From NCBI RefSeq assembly GCF_030028105.1, contig NC_092400.1, positions 20,274,001-20,338,000 on the forward strand: 64,000 nt of DNA, given 5' to 3'. The position numbers and the translations under genes are program-made. Source of the DNA: Mobula birostris. Lineage: Eukaryota. Below are positions 28,001-39,544 of this stretch, in pieces. The notes below the pieces were generated by a model, which did no database searches, was not told the origin of the DNA, and was given only the letters and a program-made list of their open reading frames with translations. Each line of letters opens with the position of its first letter. Within the stretch, counting starts at the first letter, position 1.

Positions 28001-31000
28001 TCTTTCTAAACACTAGCAGCTGACACTTCAAATAGTCAGTGTGTTATTTTTGGGTAAGTTAAACTTCCAACCAGTATTCTTTGTTTACTTTCTGGTTGTA
28101 AGTGGGGACCAGTCTTCAGTGCTTAATTTAAATGGCAGTAGAGCTACTAGGACTTGATGTTTCAATCCCTATGGTAAGTTGGCACTCTCGATGTTGGCAG
28201 TGGGTTTGGAGTGGTGACAAGAAGGGAGGGTAGGTACGTCATCGGCGTCATCAGGTGGGCACCCTCCTTCTTTGACGTTTCGTTGATACGTCAAAAGCAA
28301 TAGTAGGTTTCAATTTAAAAGGACAGCTTTGCAAACAAGCACCATCTATACAGCACAGGATGCTGGCTCACAGCACGGGGCTTACTACTCAAGAGATGCA
28401 GTATAAGACAATGATGTTATGCTAATTGGGCTTGTATCAAACCAGACAATGCTGGCTAAGTTACTTAGTTTGAGGAAACTTGCAGACCAAATTGATAACA
28501 TCACTTAGCATATCAAAAGGCGGATCTGTTAATAGTTGGAAGGTTTATGTACTCAGGGAATCAGCTTTGCAGAATTAATTGTGGGTACCTGGGACTCTGT
28601 CTCCAGAAACTTTTAAACCACCTGTGTGAAAATGTATCTGAAAAAAAAATCACGAGTACGAAGTCACCCAAGTGGCAGAAAAACAGTATAAATAGACAGA
28701 GCAGTCCAGGCTTGTCAGGAATGGTCCAGTAACATCATGAATAGCAGAAAGATGGGGGCAAGGAGGACTATAATTCATTCCACTGTCTTGAATTCCCACA
28801 ACGGATGAATTGGTCGCCTGCAGCCCACTGTACCTGTGTTTTGGAACTCCTTTGTGTTTTTACAAATGGTTTGTAATTTAGAAAGCATTTATAAGATAGA
28901 AATTCTCTATGTTCTAAGTTTTGTTTCAATAATGTTAAAATTTAAACATAGTTCACTGAAAATAAATGAACCGTGTAAATGAACACAAGAGATTCTGCAG
29001 ATGCTGGAAATCCTGAGTAACACACACAACATGCTGGAGGAACTCAGCAGGTCAGGCAGCATCTATGGAAATGAATAAACAGTCGACACTTTGGGCCGAC
29101 ACTCTTCTTCAGGACTTACTGAATGACTTTGTTAGTTGGAAGCATCTCCTCTTTGGTAGCCAGGGGGTTCAAAAAGTGAGTAGTGGCAGCTAAACTCACC
29201 ATGGAAGATAAACAGGGAAGTGAACTAGATTTTGAACTTTGGGTAGTTACAGTACAACCTCCTTTTAATGAGAGTACCTGTGGTTATCTATATCTGGTAG
29301 GGTTTAAGGCCTTTGAGCTCAGAACTTCGCTGTCACTAACACAATACCATCACAAGGCTATGTTAATTGTTTAATGCACAATGATTAAGTACATTTGTAA
29401 ATCTCATATGTTTTTAAATGATCATTTTAAAGGTATTTTGCAAAGTCAACTTACCTGCCAGGACAGGATAGTCAAAGTATTCAGCAGCAGGGTCAAGATT
29501 TACCACTTGTACTGACCGATTCAACACCTCACAGTGCTGCTGCAGGGTAGAACAGTAAGTGCTCTGAAATTAAAAAACAACTTTTACACACCTCACGGTA
29601 AATACATCAATTAAATAACACAGAATTCTCAAAGAGACTGCAGATGCTGCGGGGGAAAAACATAAGATTGCTGAAGGATGTCAGCAGGTCTAGTTGTATC
29701 TGTAGGTGGGGAAGGAATCGTTGACCTTTCAGTTTGAAACCCTGAATCAGAATAGGTGCTGCATCTGTATCCAAAATGTTGACAATTCCCTTCCCCGCAC
29801 AAACTCTGCTTGACCCACTAACTGCCTCCAGCTGTTGAAGGCCTTTTTGCATTAAATTTTTCTATTTCTTGTCACATATGACTTGAAATTTGTGATATTG
29901 TGAAGGATTATTTCAGAAACATACCACATCAAAACCCATTGATAGTCAATCCAAAATTATACATTTAGGTTAACCATAAATTCCTATTAATTTTATAGAA
30001 TTATTTCCCCATGACTACATAATCACTGTCGCAACCTATCATACAGTACTGTAAAGAAAATACAGCTGCAAGAACAAGTTTGTGGACCCTTTGCAATGAC
30101 CTGGTTTTCTGCATTAATTACTCATAAAATGTAGTCTGATCTTCATCCAAGTCACAATAACAAACACAATCTGCCTCAAGAAATAACACACAAACAACTG
30201 TACTACTTCTTGTCAATACTGAGTACTCTATTTAAACAATCACGGTTCAGGTTCTCTGAATCTCTGGGGTAATGCTTTCTACAAAAGCTATTTGGAGTCA
30301 GGCGTTCCAATCAATGAGATGAGATTGGAGATGTGGGATGTAGAGGTGCCCTGCCCTATATAAAAAAAGAAAGTCAGATTATTGACGGAGCCTGTTCCTC
30401 TTGAGAAAGATTTGTTTATGTGCACCATGTCTTGATCAAAACAACTTTCAGAGGACCTTAGAAGAATTGTAGAGATGCATGAAGCTGGAAAAGGCTACAA
30501 AAGCATTTCTAAAGACCTGAGTGTTCATCAGTCCACTGTAAGAGAAATTGTCTACAAATGGAGGAAATTTAGTACTGTTGCTACTCTCCCAAGGAGTGGG
30601 CGTCCTGCAGAGATGACACCAAGAGCACAATGTGCAATGCTGAAGGAGGTGACAAAGAACCCAAAGGTAACAGCAAAAGACCTGCAGAAATCTCTAGAAC
30701 TTGCTAAAGTCTCTGTTCATGTCTCCACTAGAAGAAAATCACTGAACAGGAATGGTGCTCGTGGAAGGACACCAAGGTGGAAACCACTTCTCTCCAAAAA
30801 AAAACACCAATGCTGCACTTCTCAAGCTTACAAAAGACTACCTGGATGTTCCACAACACTTCTGGGACGATGTTCTGTGGACAGCTGAGACAAAAGTTGA
30901 ACCTTTTGGCAGAAATGCACACCACTATGTTTGGAGGATAAAGGGCACTGCACACCAACACCAAAACCTCATCCCAACTGTGAAGCATGGTGGAAGGAGC

Positions 31001-32623
31001 ATCATGGCTTGGGGCTGCTCTGCTACCTCAGGGCCTGGACAGCTTGCAGTCGTTGAGGAAACAATGAATTTAAAATTGTATCAAGACACTTTTACAGGAG
31101 AATGTCAGGATAGCAGTCTGTCAGCTGAAGCTTAATGGAAGTTGGTTGATGCAACAACACAATGATCCAAAACACAAGGGTAACTCAACAACAGAATGGT
31201 TTAAAAAGAAGAAAATTTGCATTTTGGGATGGCCAAGTCAGAGCCCAGACCTTAACCCAATTGAGATGCTGTGGCATGACTTCATGCAAGGCATCCCAGA
31301 AATATTGATGAACTGAAACAGTTCTATATGGAGGAATGGTCTAAAATTCCTCCTCACCATTCTGATCAGCAGCTACAGGAAACATTTGGTAGAGGTTATT
31401 GCTGCCAAAGGAGGTTCCACTAGTTATTAAATACAAAGGCTGTGAATGATTAAACAAGGTGTTCAATAAAGACATGAAAAGTAGAATTATTTGTGCATTA
31501 TTAGTTTAGGCAGATTGTGTTTGTCTATTATTGTGACTAGATGAAGAACAAACCACATTTTATGAGTAATTAATGCAGAAAAGCAGGTCATTGCAAAAGG
31601 TTCAGAAACTTGCAACTGTACATCAACAGATGTAGTGTAATGGTTAGCACAGTGCTTTACAGTACAGGTGACCTGGGTTCAATTCCCACTGCTGCCTGTA
31701 AGGAGTACGTTCTCCCCGTGACCACAGGGGTTTCCCCTGGGTGCTCTAGTTTCCTCCCACAGCCCAAAGACGTGCCAGTTGGTAGGTTACTTGGTCATTA
31801 TAAATTCTCCCGTGATTAGGCTAGGGTTAAATCAGGGGATTGCTGGGCAGTGTCGCTCGAAGGGCCTATTCTGTGCTGTATCTCAACAAATAAATAAATG
31901 CTTGTTATAACTTAAAGTACAAAAAGACTTTATCAAGTATTTCAAATTAAGCAGCAAAAAAAATGAAATATGCATTAAGATGTCAAAACTTTTGTACAAA
32001 AAATGGTATTCTTGGAAGACTAATGTAAATCCAGCCACAAAATTTTGTCCATGAGCTGAACCTTTTGTTATTATTGATCTATAGAGTGGACCAAGAATAA
32101 ATGAAAATTAAGAAGTGGTTTTAGGTTCCCTGTTAATAAAAAGTTGAGCATTTTTTTTAAATTATAAGGGATCTAATTAGAAGATTGCTGTTTGATACCC
32201 TGGGGAATGAAATGAATCACCAATAAAGGTTAACAGAAAGGTTAAAATACATTTCTTAATGGCGCTGTGAAATACGAAATGCTTTGAGTCAAGGACCATT
32301 GCATCTTTAATGGCTCTTTGCTGCATAAATGCTACAGTCTGAGTCTGAAGCCTCGAGGAATTATCTGCATCTCAAACATCATTAAATCCACAACAGAATA
32401 ACTGGAAAAAGGTTTGTTTTTGTACTGGGTTGGTAGTACTTGAACAAAAGCACGAGGGAAGGTCCAGTTCACAGCGAATTCAGGCCCAACTCCTCCACTC
32501 AACTTTGGGGAGCTGCGTGTTTGAATATCCACTCTCCACGAAAGTGCGCCATTTGCCGGCGGAGTCGGTAAGTACCTTTCCACTGCCGGCAGGCCCCATC
32601 ACGAGCTGGGCGTATCGAGGCAT
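18944..32623 (-). CDS. GPN3: GPN-loop GTPase 3, 8 coding exons, 286 aa: join complement(32576-32623,29455-29563,27120-27287,26232-26356,24993-25108,21702-21798,20631-20759,18944-19012)
   Basis: P-loop GPAGSGKST, NLDPA, GPNGG loop, DCPGQIE and TKMD motifs; GT-AG introns; 861 nt total with consistent phases. Confidence 0.97.
19245..19590 (+). mobile_element. CR1 (HER1-like) LINE 3' fragment
   Basis: Typical CR1 3' end gggccgaagggcctgtattgtgctgt followed by a (TTCTA)-like tail. Confidence 0.82.
20085..20565 (-). mobile_element. Penelope-like 3' fragment with a nested tRNA-SINE (20220-20462)
   Basis: tgctggaggaattcagcaggtcaggcagcatc end; degenerate hammerhead rc CTGATGAAG; purine-rich tract resumes after the SINE. 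Confidence 0.7.
20631..20759 (-). CDS. GPN3: GPN3 exon 7
   Basis: [43 protein letters not shown]. Confidence 0.96.
21150..21340 (-). repeat. LINE 3'UTR fragment (Rex-like family; also 33455-33610, 33850-34060, 47210-47440)
   Basis: shared aagttcaaagt...ccctgagattcatttt motif. Confidence 0.6.
21702..21798 (-). CDS. GPN3: GPN3 exon 6
   Basis: [32 protein letters not shown]. Confidence 0.96.
23440..24465 (-). mobile_element. CR1 LINE 3' portion (degenerate RT)
   Basis: [42 protein letters not shown]. Confidence 0.9.
24720..24884 (+). mobile_element. RTE-derived short element (5' piece joined to 3' end)
   Basis: ggacggtcccaagcc motif and (TAAG)n tail. Confidence 0.45.
24895..24970 (-). mobile_element. 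PLE terminal fragment about 20 nt from the GPN3 exon 5 donor
   Basis: aaacacgagaaaatctgcagacgctggaaat...tgctggaggaactcagc. Confidence 0.7.
24993..25108 (-). CDS. GPN3: GPN3 exon 5
   Basis: [38 protein letters not shown]. Confidence 0.96.
25325..25885 (-). mobile_element. Second I/Nimb-like LINE 3' fragment
   Basis: shares the 17-mer GGTGGCAGTAATGCACC with the 14.2 kb element; rc encodes a Cys/His knuckle remnant. Confidence 0.7.
26232..26356 (-). CDS. GPN3: GPN3 exon 4
   Basis: [42 protein letters not shown]. Confidence 0.97.
26540..26790 (+). mobile_element. RTE-clade LINE remnant
   Basis: LRWAGH motif and downstream KAxLKK remnant. Confidence 0.5.
27120..27287 (-). CDS. GPN3: GPN3 exon 3
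   Basis: [32 protein letters not shown]...ILFDCP. Confidence 0.97.
28981..29117 (-). mobile_element. PLE terminal fragment with degenerate hammerhead
   Basis: rc agtcCTGAAGAagagtgtcggcccaaagtGTCgactg. Confidence 0.75.
29455..29563 (-). CDS. GPN3: GPN3 exon 2
   Basis: [36 protein letters not shown]. Confidence 0.96.
29630..29840. mobile_element. Old fold-back PLE-derived element
   Basis: minus-strand PLE end through a decayed hammerhead, followed by an inverted plus-strand copy. Confidence 0.55.
30063..31618 (+). mobile_element. Full-length but inactive Tc1/mariner DNA transposon
   Basis: TA TSDs at 30061-62 and 31619-20; long imperfect TIRs; transposase with HTH GYKSISK and GRP, WTxETK, NDPKH and SPDLNPIE motifs, plus frameshifts and stops. 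Confidence 0.93.
31631..31898 (+). mobile_element. HE1-like V-SINE
   Basis: A/B boxes (GGTTCAATTCC), V-domain gtttcctcccacagcccaaagac, (TAAA)n tail. Confidence 0.85.
32576..32623 (-). CDS. GPN3: GPN3 exon 1
   Basis: [16 protein letters not shown] followed by gtact donor. Confidence 0.96.
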
Positions 32624-32800
32624 GCCGAGCCGTTCAGCGGGGAGAGCCGCTTCACCGTCCGGGGCGCCTACCTCCAGCACCGACCGCGCACCATAACTTC
32701 CAGCTACGGAAGCCGCTTGGTGATGACATCAACGCAAGCGCGCATTTCGCAATATTCGGCGTAATCGCGACTCGGAACAGGGGCACCCTCAACACCCGCA
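32624..32800. promoter_or_regulatory. GPN3 CpG promoter (divergent to FAM216A)
   Basis: CpG-rich; ETS-like CGGAAG, CRE-like TGACATCA and GCGCGCAT motifs. Confidence 0.7.
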
Positions 32801-34169
32801 GCTTTAACAAATCAGAACAATTTGCCACTGCATTCCGCGTCTAGTTCTTATGTTACATAAACGCATAAACTGTTGGAAATGCTCCGGAGCCTCTATAGAT
32901 ACGCAAGTCAGAATTAATTTTTGAGGTCAGTGAACTTCCCTTGACGTATGAACTGAGTTTTCCAAACAAAATTAACGCAATATATGATCCCGTGTCCCTG
33001 GAGTCCAGCTGCCAATGGAAGGACAACCTCCACTCTCCAATGTAGTCGGCGACGGAAAGCTGTCTCACACGACCTGGTCAGTCAGAACTGGTTCTTCTGG
33101 TGTTTGTCCGCAGTGTACTTGCATTTCCCCTAGGTCAATCAGTTGGTCTTAGCTCCACAACGCTTTCCTAGTAAACACCAAAAATGTGTCAACCACTAAT
33201 TTGTTCCCCACCCTAGCATAGGCGTTCTCTTCATTCACTCCATTTAAACAGGACCATTTCCTCATGAAAATTTAGCTTTTACCTCAGATGCTGCTTGACT
33301 TTCTAAGTCTTTCCAGCATTTTTTAATTTGTATTGAGGAGACATATTTTGCATTGTACATAAAAAAGCTGTAAAGTTGCCAATGCCTGGACTTGCCGTCA
33401 ACTGCAGAAGTAGCTTTCTGTAATATAACCTCCACATTCCTCACAATACCTCATAGCTGAAAGTAAATGTATTATCAATATGTATATGTCACCATAGACA
33501 ACCCTGAGATTCATTTTCTTGTGGGCATATTCACTAAATCTGATAACTATAATAGAATCAATCAAAGACCACACCAACAGTGTGGACAAACAAGATAGTT
33601 ATAAATTATCCTTCAGAGCAGGACAAGACACAGAAGGCATCCTGGTCATCCATTGCACCTAGTCCCATCTCCAGCCATCTCAACTCTTGTCTTGCCACTG
33701 GATCCAGATGGGAATTGGGAAGAGAGAGTGAGGCTGAGGCTGAGGCTGTGCAGCTCTCCCTCACTTAAATCCAAATCACGCGCTAGTCTTGACACCATCA
33801 TAATGGTGTTGAGGTCCTCATCGATGTTGATAATGGGCAAACACGTTCAGAGATTCAAAGACATTTATTATCAAAGTATGCAGTATACAACCCTGAGATT
33901 CATCTTCCCCACAGACAGACACGGAACAAGGAAAGAAGACATTGGAACTCCTTCAAAGGAAAACATCAAACCCCCAAACGTGCAAAAATATAATAAACTA
34001 CACAAACAGCAAAAAAAGAGCGAAAAACGAAGAATATAGAACACCAAACCACCAATCATTGAACCATCGATTTTTCCTCCCCAACCTCATTTGGAATATC
34101 AGGTGGCAACTTGGCTGTCTCTTTAGCATTTGTCTGTTTTACCAGGCCGAGTTGCTAGCTCGGTGCTCA

Positions 34170-34935
34170 AACAGGAGGTCCCTCTTGGTAGACCATTTCG
34201 ACGAGCACCTTCACTCCATCCGCCACAAAAAGTGGGATCTCTCGGTGGCCACCTATTTCCATTCTAATTCCCATTCCCATTCTGGTCCATGGCCTCCTCT
34301 GGTGCCACAACGAGGCCACACTCAGGTTGGAGGAGCAACACCTTATATTCCAAACAAGAGAAAGTCTGCAGATGCTAGAAATTCAAGCAACACACACAAA
34401 ATGCCAGAGGAGCTCAGCAGGCCAGGCAGCATCTATGGTAAAAAGTCCATGGATGCTGCCTGGCCTGCTGAGTTCCTCCAGCATTTCGTATGTGTTACCA
34501 TATATTCTATGTGGGTAACCTCCAATCTGATGGCATGAACATCGATTTCTCAAACTTCCAGTAATTGTCACCCCCTTCACCATTCCTCATTCCTGTTTCC
34601 CTCTCTCACCTTATCTCTTTACCTGCCCATCACCTCCCTCTGGTGCTCCTCCCCGTTTTCTTTCTCCCACAGCCTTCTGTCCTCTCCTATCAGATTCCCC
34701 TTTCTCCAGCCCTTTATTTCTTTCACTGATCAACTTCTCAGCTCTTTACTTCACTCCTCCCCCTCTCCTGGTTTCACCCATCACCTACCACCTTGTACTT
34801 CTTCCTCCCCTCATTCCACCTTCTTACTCTGACTTCTCTCCTTCCTTTCCAGTCCTGATGAAGGCTCTCAGCCTGAAATGTTGACTGTTTCCTCTTTTCC
34901 AAAGATGCTACCTGGCCTGCTGAGTTGCTCTGGCA
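34170..34935 (+). mobile_element. Penelope-like element 3' part (GIY-YIG C-terminus, pyrimidine tract, hammerhead) with nested hairpin insertion
   Basis: DHFDEHLHSIR..DLSVATYFHS, LEEQHLIF and LQSDGMNIDF remnants; CTGATGA core at 34855. Confidence 0.82.
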
Positions 34936-34989
34936 CTATGCTGTGGTGAGAATAAAGTCACAGTATTTTCCCTCCCTTTCAACACAAGT

Positions 34990-35560
34990 GTATGAGTGGG
35001 TGAGTGACCCTTTCTCTGAATCTTCTGCTCAGCCTGAGAACTTGACTTTGAGAGAAGATCAAGAACTTTTGTGAGCTGCACTCTGATCTTGCACTCAAGA
35101 TGAGATTTACTGACTTGCACCTGGACAAGTTCTGGATTTCTATGAAAAAAGGGTATCCTGCCATTCATAAGAAAGCAATGAACATTTTGCTGCAGTTTTC
35201 AACTTCTGATGTGTGTGACCAAGCTTTTTCTTGTTTAACAAGCATCTTCAAGGACAGAAATCATCTCATTTCAGTTGAAGGTGAAATCCATGTGTGCTTG
35301 TCTCAAGTTCGACCCAGAACTGAGAAATTTATTATGTTTCCCTTATGAGTTTTTAAGATTTATGGCGGGGAAAGAAAGAGATTAATTTCAAGAGAGGTAA
35401 GTAAAAATTCGCTATCTACTCAAAAGAGCATTGACAATTATTTTTTCGATTATTATATCTACAACTTACTGATCACGCTAACGTACCGTTAGCTGTAGAT
35501 GTAATAACTTTTACGCAGGGTTTCCCTGAAACCTCAAAATGATTTCAAGGGTTACGTCAG
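34990..35560 (+). mobile_element. hAT (Buster/Charlie-like) transposase C-terminal remnant
   Basis: FW..KKGYPAIHKKAMNILLQFSTSxxCxQAFS dimerisation-domain motif. Confidence 0.75.
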
Positions 35561-35579
35561 GGTCTAAACCTTACGTTGT

Positions 35580-36400
35580 TACATTCGGCTTGGAAACATT
35601 CTTTCAAAATGTTCATGGGGACATGCTTGTGCGCATGCCCACATTGAATCCCTCCTCAGCTGAGGCAGGGACTGTCACCAGAGACTAGGCCACTTCCCTG
35701 ACGCTTCGTGCATCAGGTGCCTGGCTGGGCTGGGAAGCCATGTACCCCAGGAAACAGGTTACCTTTCAGGAACGAGGGTCGGTTTGGCAGGATCTACAGG
35801 AGCCACCCAAGACTAGCGGAGCAAGAAGGTAAGGAATACATCTATAATTTCTTGCTCATTTTTATTCTCCTCCGGGCTGTGCCTTTAACAAGATGTACAG
35901 GGAATCAAACGGAGGCTGTTGCTTATCCTCGGAATACATCTGTGGATTCCGCTTTTGAAACACAACCGGCGCTTTACGTGCTTTCCTTTTCGCAAGATTC
36001 GACTTACTTGATTTTTTTTAAAATTAATTTTGTATTCGAGAGGAATCGTGCTGATTCTCAGCTTCTCAGTAGAATGTTTTGCTGGGCAACTGTTATTTTT
36101 ACACTTGGCACCTCCCTGCTTCAGTTTTTTACAGCGCAGAGCGCTTTCTCCCAGACCACTTCGCACCCCTTTCGTGTCCCGTGCCTGTGTGCTGGGATCA
36201 CGAAGTATTTGGCTAGCTTTGTTACGGTTTCCCACAAGTGAAGAGGGCAGTGTTTATCCAGTGATGACTGCACTCTAGCATTCCCGTTGGCGACGGAGGA
36301 CGTTAACATCCAAGAGCACGTTGAGAGAGGCGGATGACGAAGTTCGCTTTCGTCGCTGCGGTGCAGTCACCGTCACGGTTTCTCGAATTTCAGGTGTCTG
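35580..36400 (+). promoter_or_regulatory. Second CpG-rich region, probable FAM216A promoter/first-exon region
   Basis: Elevated CpG; NRF1-like TGCGCATGC near 35630; strong donor GAAG|gtaagg at 35828. Confidence 0.55.
35740..35828 (+). CDS. FAM216A: Putative FAM216A first coding exon (MYPRKQVTFQERGSVWQDLQEPPKTSGAR)
   Basis: gccATG Kozak context and AG|gtaagg donor (phase 2); linkage to the downstream exons is inferred. Confidence 0.45.
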
Positions 36401-36534
36401 GTATCAGTGCCAAGAACTTAAAATCTGTGACGAAAATCCAAAGTCGTAAATCTATCCATGCAAAACCAAAAAAAACCAAAACAAACACAAAATTCTGGAG
36501 TCACTTTTGTTTCACCCGCAAGCATTAACATTAT

Positions 36535-36795
36535 AGAACGGAGATGAAGGGGAATTTCTTTAACCAGAGATTGGTGAATCCATGGAATTCATTGTTCACA
36601 GGCGGTCGTGGAGGTCAAGTCTTTGGGTGTATTTAAGGCAGAGGCTGATAGGTTCTTGATTGGCCAGGGCATGAAAGGGTTACGGGGAGAAGGCAGGGGA
36701 CTGGGGCTGAGAGCGAAAATGGATCAGCTGTAATGAAATGGAACACTCGACGGGCCAAATGGCCTAATTCTGTTCCTCTATCATAAGGTCTTATA
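36535..36795 (+). mobile_element. CR1 3' fragment
   Basis: gggccaaatggcctaattctg 3' end. Confidence 0.8.
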
Positions 36796-37414
36796 ATGCA
36801 AGTATTTCTAGATGGTTGAAAGTAATTGGTGTTTGAGTTCCAAGCTGCCTTTCTCCAGGATCAGATTAAGAATTCCACTTATTCCCTGTAAGATTTAGCT
36901 TTTCAATATTTTCTGTTTAAGTACTTTGAAGAAAGACAGCTGTGGCTGTCCGCTCCAGTATTAGAAATCTGAGCATTATTTCATAGTAGACGCAGGGCAA
37001 TATAGAGCATTGGTTATTGATTTGCGGGTTCTCATTCAGACTAATGAAGGTGAGATATAGAACTCAGCAAGAGTTTGGTGTTTCCAACATACAGAATGTG
37101 TAGCAGTTAGATTGTCAGTTCAAACTGCAGTACTGAACGCTCTGACGGGAGGCTACAAGTTTGCACTGGAACTGTTGAGGCGGAGTGAACCAAATGGCAT
37201 TTCTATCGGAGCAAACTGCAGAAAACAATTAATCTGATGTAACATTTTCATTAAAATCTTGCATTTGCATAGCACTTTCAAACATTTTCCAAGACCCTTT
37301 TTTGGTCAACTCTAATTGCAGTAAAGGTGAGAACTGATTTGTGCACAATGAGCTCCCACAAGCAACAATATTATTATGACAAAATTATCTGCATCTGGAT
37401 AATCTAGGCCCTCA

Positions 37415-37690
37415 GGGCAGCATGGTTGTGTAGTGGTCAGCACTACGCTTTGCAGTACAGTCGACCAGGGTCAATTCCCGTCCCTGACTGTAAGGAGTGT
37501 GAACGTTCTCCCCATGACCACGTGAGTTTCCTCCGGGTGCCCTGGTTTCCTCCCACAGTCGAAACATGTACCGGTGTTAGGTTAATTGATCACTATGATT
37601 TGTCCCATGATGAGGTTAGGATTAAATCAGGGGATTTCAAGGCAGAGCTACTCAAAGGGCCAGGACTATTCCACACTGTATCTCAGTTTA
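37415..37690 (+). mobile_element. HE1-like V-SINE
   Basis: similar to the 31631 copy; V-domain present. Confidence 0.8.
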
Positions 37691-37948
37691 AAACAAAATA
37701 CACCAATGACAAAATCTGCAAAGACAATTTAGTGAGAATCTAAGAAAAATGGATGAGGAGAAATTTAGAATTAGTAAAAGAATAAAATAACTTCTGTAAT
37801 ACTGATTTTATTATGCTAAGTCATATTATTAACAAATGTCAGATTGGTACAAATGTAGGATTTCATTTTGCATTTCCTGTTCCATTTTCTTTCACTGGAA
37901 TACTCATACATTAGATGCAATATTATCTCAAAATGTTGTTCATTTTAG

Positions 37949-37985
37949 GGCACCAGGATTTCAAACTCCATGATTCAGCTGGTAG
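37949..37985 (+). CDS. FAM216A: Putative small FAM216A exon (boundaries uncertain: 37949 or 37957 to 37981 or 37985)
   Basis: ttgttcattttag acceptor and tandem gtag/gtagg donors; can end in phase 1 to join 40464. Confidence 0.4.
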
Positions 37986-38234
37986 GTAGGCACTTCTGCT
38001 TTCCTGGATGCGTCAAGGTAATTTAATCATTTATGAAGGTGACTTGGTTACCTTTGTAAGAGTTGACTCATTTGTTAGATTTAATAAATAAGCATGTATT
38101 CTCTTGGCTTTGTAGCTGAAAACCGATGTGCTGTTTTATTTATTACGCCTTAGTTGCTTTAGTGGTTTTGTGTTGATGTCGAGAGTGGGATATATGGATG
38201 TTGATTATAGGGGTCTCCCCACCATCTACTGGGG

Positions 38235-39285
38235 ACATAAGACCATAAGATATAGGACCAGAATTAGGCCATTTGGCCCATTAAGTCTACTCCACCATTT
38301 CATCGTGCCCAATCCAATTTTCCTCTCAGCCCCAATCTTCTGCCTTCTCCCAGTATCCCTTCATGCCCTGACCAATCAAGAATCTATCAAACTCTGCCTT
38401 AAATATACATAAATACTTGGCCTCCTAGCTGCCTGTGGCAAAGAATTCCACTGATTTACCACTCCCTGGCTGAAGCAATTCCTCCTCATCTCTGTTCTAA
38501 AAGGACACCCCTCTATTCTGAGGCTGTGTCCTCTGGTCTTAGACTTTCCCACCATAGAAAACATCCTCTCCACATCCATTCTATCAAGGCCTTTTTCCAT
38601 TTGATGGGTTTCAATGCTAGTGTCTTCCACAGTGAAGACTGATGCATAATATTTACATAGTTCGTCTGCCATTTCCTTGTCCCCCATTACTACGTCTCTA
38701 GCATCGTTTTCCAGCAGTCTGATATCCACTCTTGCCTCTCTTTTACACTGACTCCACAGCAGAACTAATTCTAGCCATTGCTGCTCTGCCATCATCCCTG
38801 CCAGTGTTCTTTTCCAATCAATTCTGCCAACTCCTCTCTCATGCCTCTGTAATTCCCTTTTCTCCATTGTAACACTGATATATCTGACTTTACATTCTTC
38901 TCAATTTCAGGGTGACTTCGATTTTGTTATGATCACTTGTCCCTAAGGGTTCTTTTACCTTAAGCTCGCTAATCAATTCTGGTTCATTGCACAACAGCCA
39001 ATCAAGAATAGCTGATCCCCTAGTGGGCTCAACTATTAGTTGTTCTAAAAAGCCATCTCATAGCCACTCTAGAAATTCCCCATCCTGGAATCCAGCACCA
39101 ATCTGATTTTCCCAATCTTCCTGCATATTGAAGTCCCAGACAACTATTGTGACATAACCTTTTTGGCATGCATTTTCTATCTCCTGTTGTAACTTGTAGA
39201 CCATGTCCTTACTACTGTTTTGTGTTCTGTATACAATTCCCATCAAGGTCTTTTTACCCTTGCAGTTCCTTAGCTCTATCCATTC
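38235..39285 (-). mobile_element. CR1 LINE with internal deletion (3' end joined to endonuclease/tether region)
   Basis: GIVYR..., WDFNM, MADELCKYYAS joined directly to KTRGHSLRI 3' terminus. Confidence 0.8.
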
Positions 39286-39544
39286 TGATGATGACCGCTG
39301 TTCTTAGCCCTGCCTGCCTTTAATTTCCTCTTGCTAATCAATCCCAAATGCCAGTTGGTTGCTGGTCTAAACTCATTTTCGCTGTAGTGACCTGCTGCTG
39401 GCTATTCTACTCGGACAGTGGACATATATCAGGGGCACTGCGTATGCAGGGCCTTTAGCTTATCAAGGATCCCGCCCATCCATCCAGCATCCACTCTGAC
39501 TTACTACCATCAGGCAGGAGACTCCGATGCAGAAAAACAAGAAT

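Noticed and set aside
28240-28290. Minus-strand GAAACGTC...CTGATGA resembling a type II hammerhead or a C/D snoRNA box
   Set aside because: Stems I and II cannot form around the core, and no box D (CTGA) occurs at a suitable distance
31631-31700. tRNA-like A/B boxes (also at 9100-9166, 37420 and 43740-43808)
   Set aside because: These are SINE heads followed by a V-domain or SINE body, not tRNA genes
33942-34538. 198-aa ORF
   Set aside because: Chimera of LINE 3'UTR, SINE, PLE and hairpin insertion sequences
35708-36241. 177-aa ORF
   Set aside because: GTG start, and it reads through a strong splice donor into intron-like sequence
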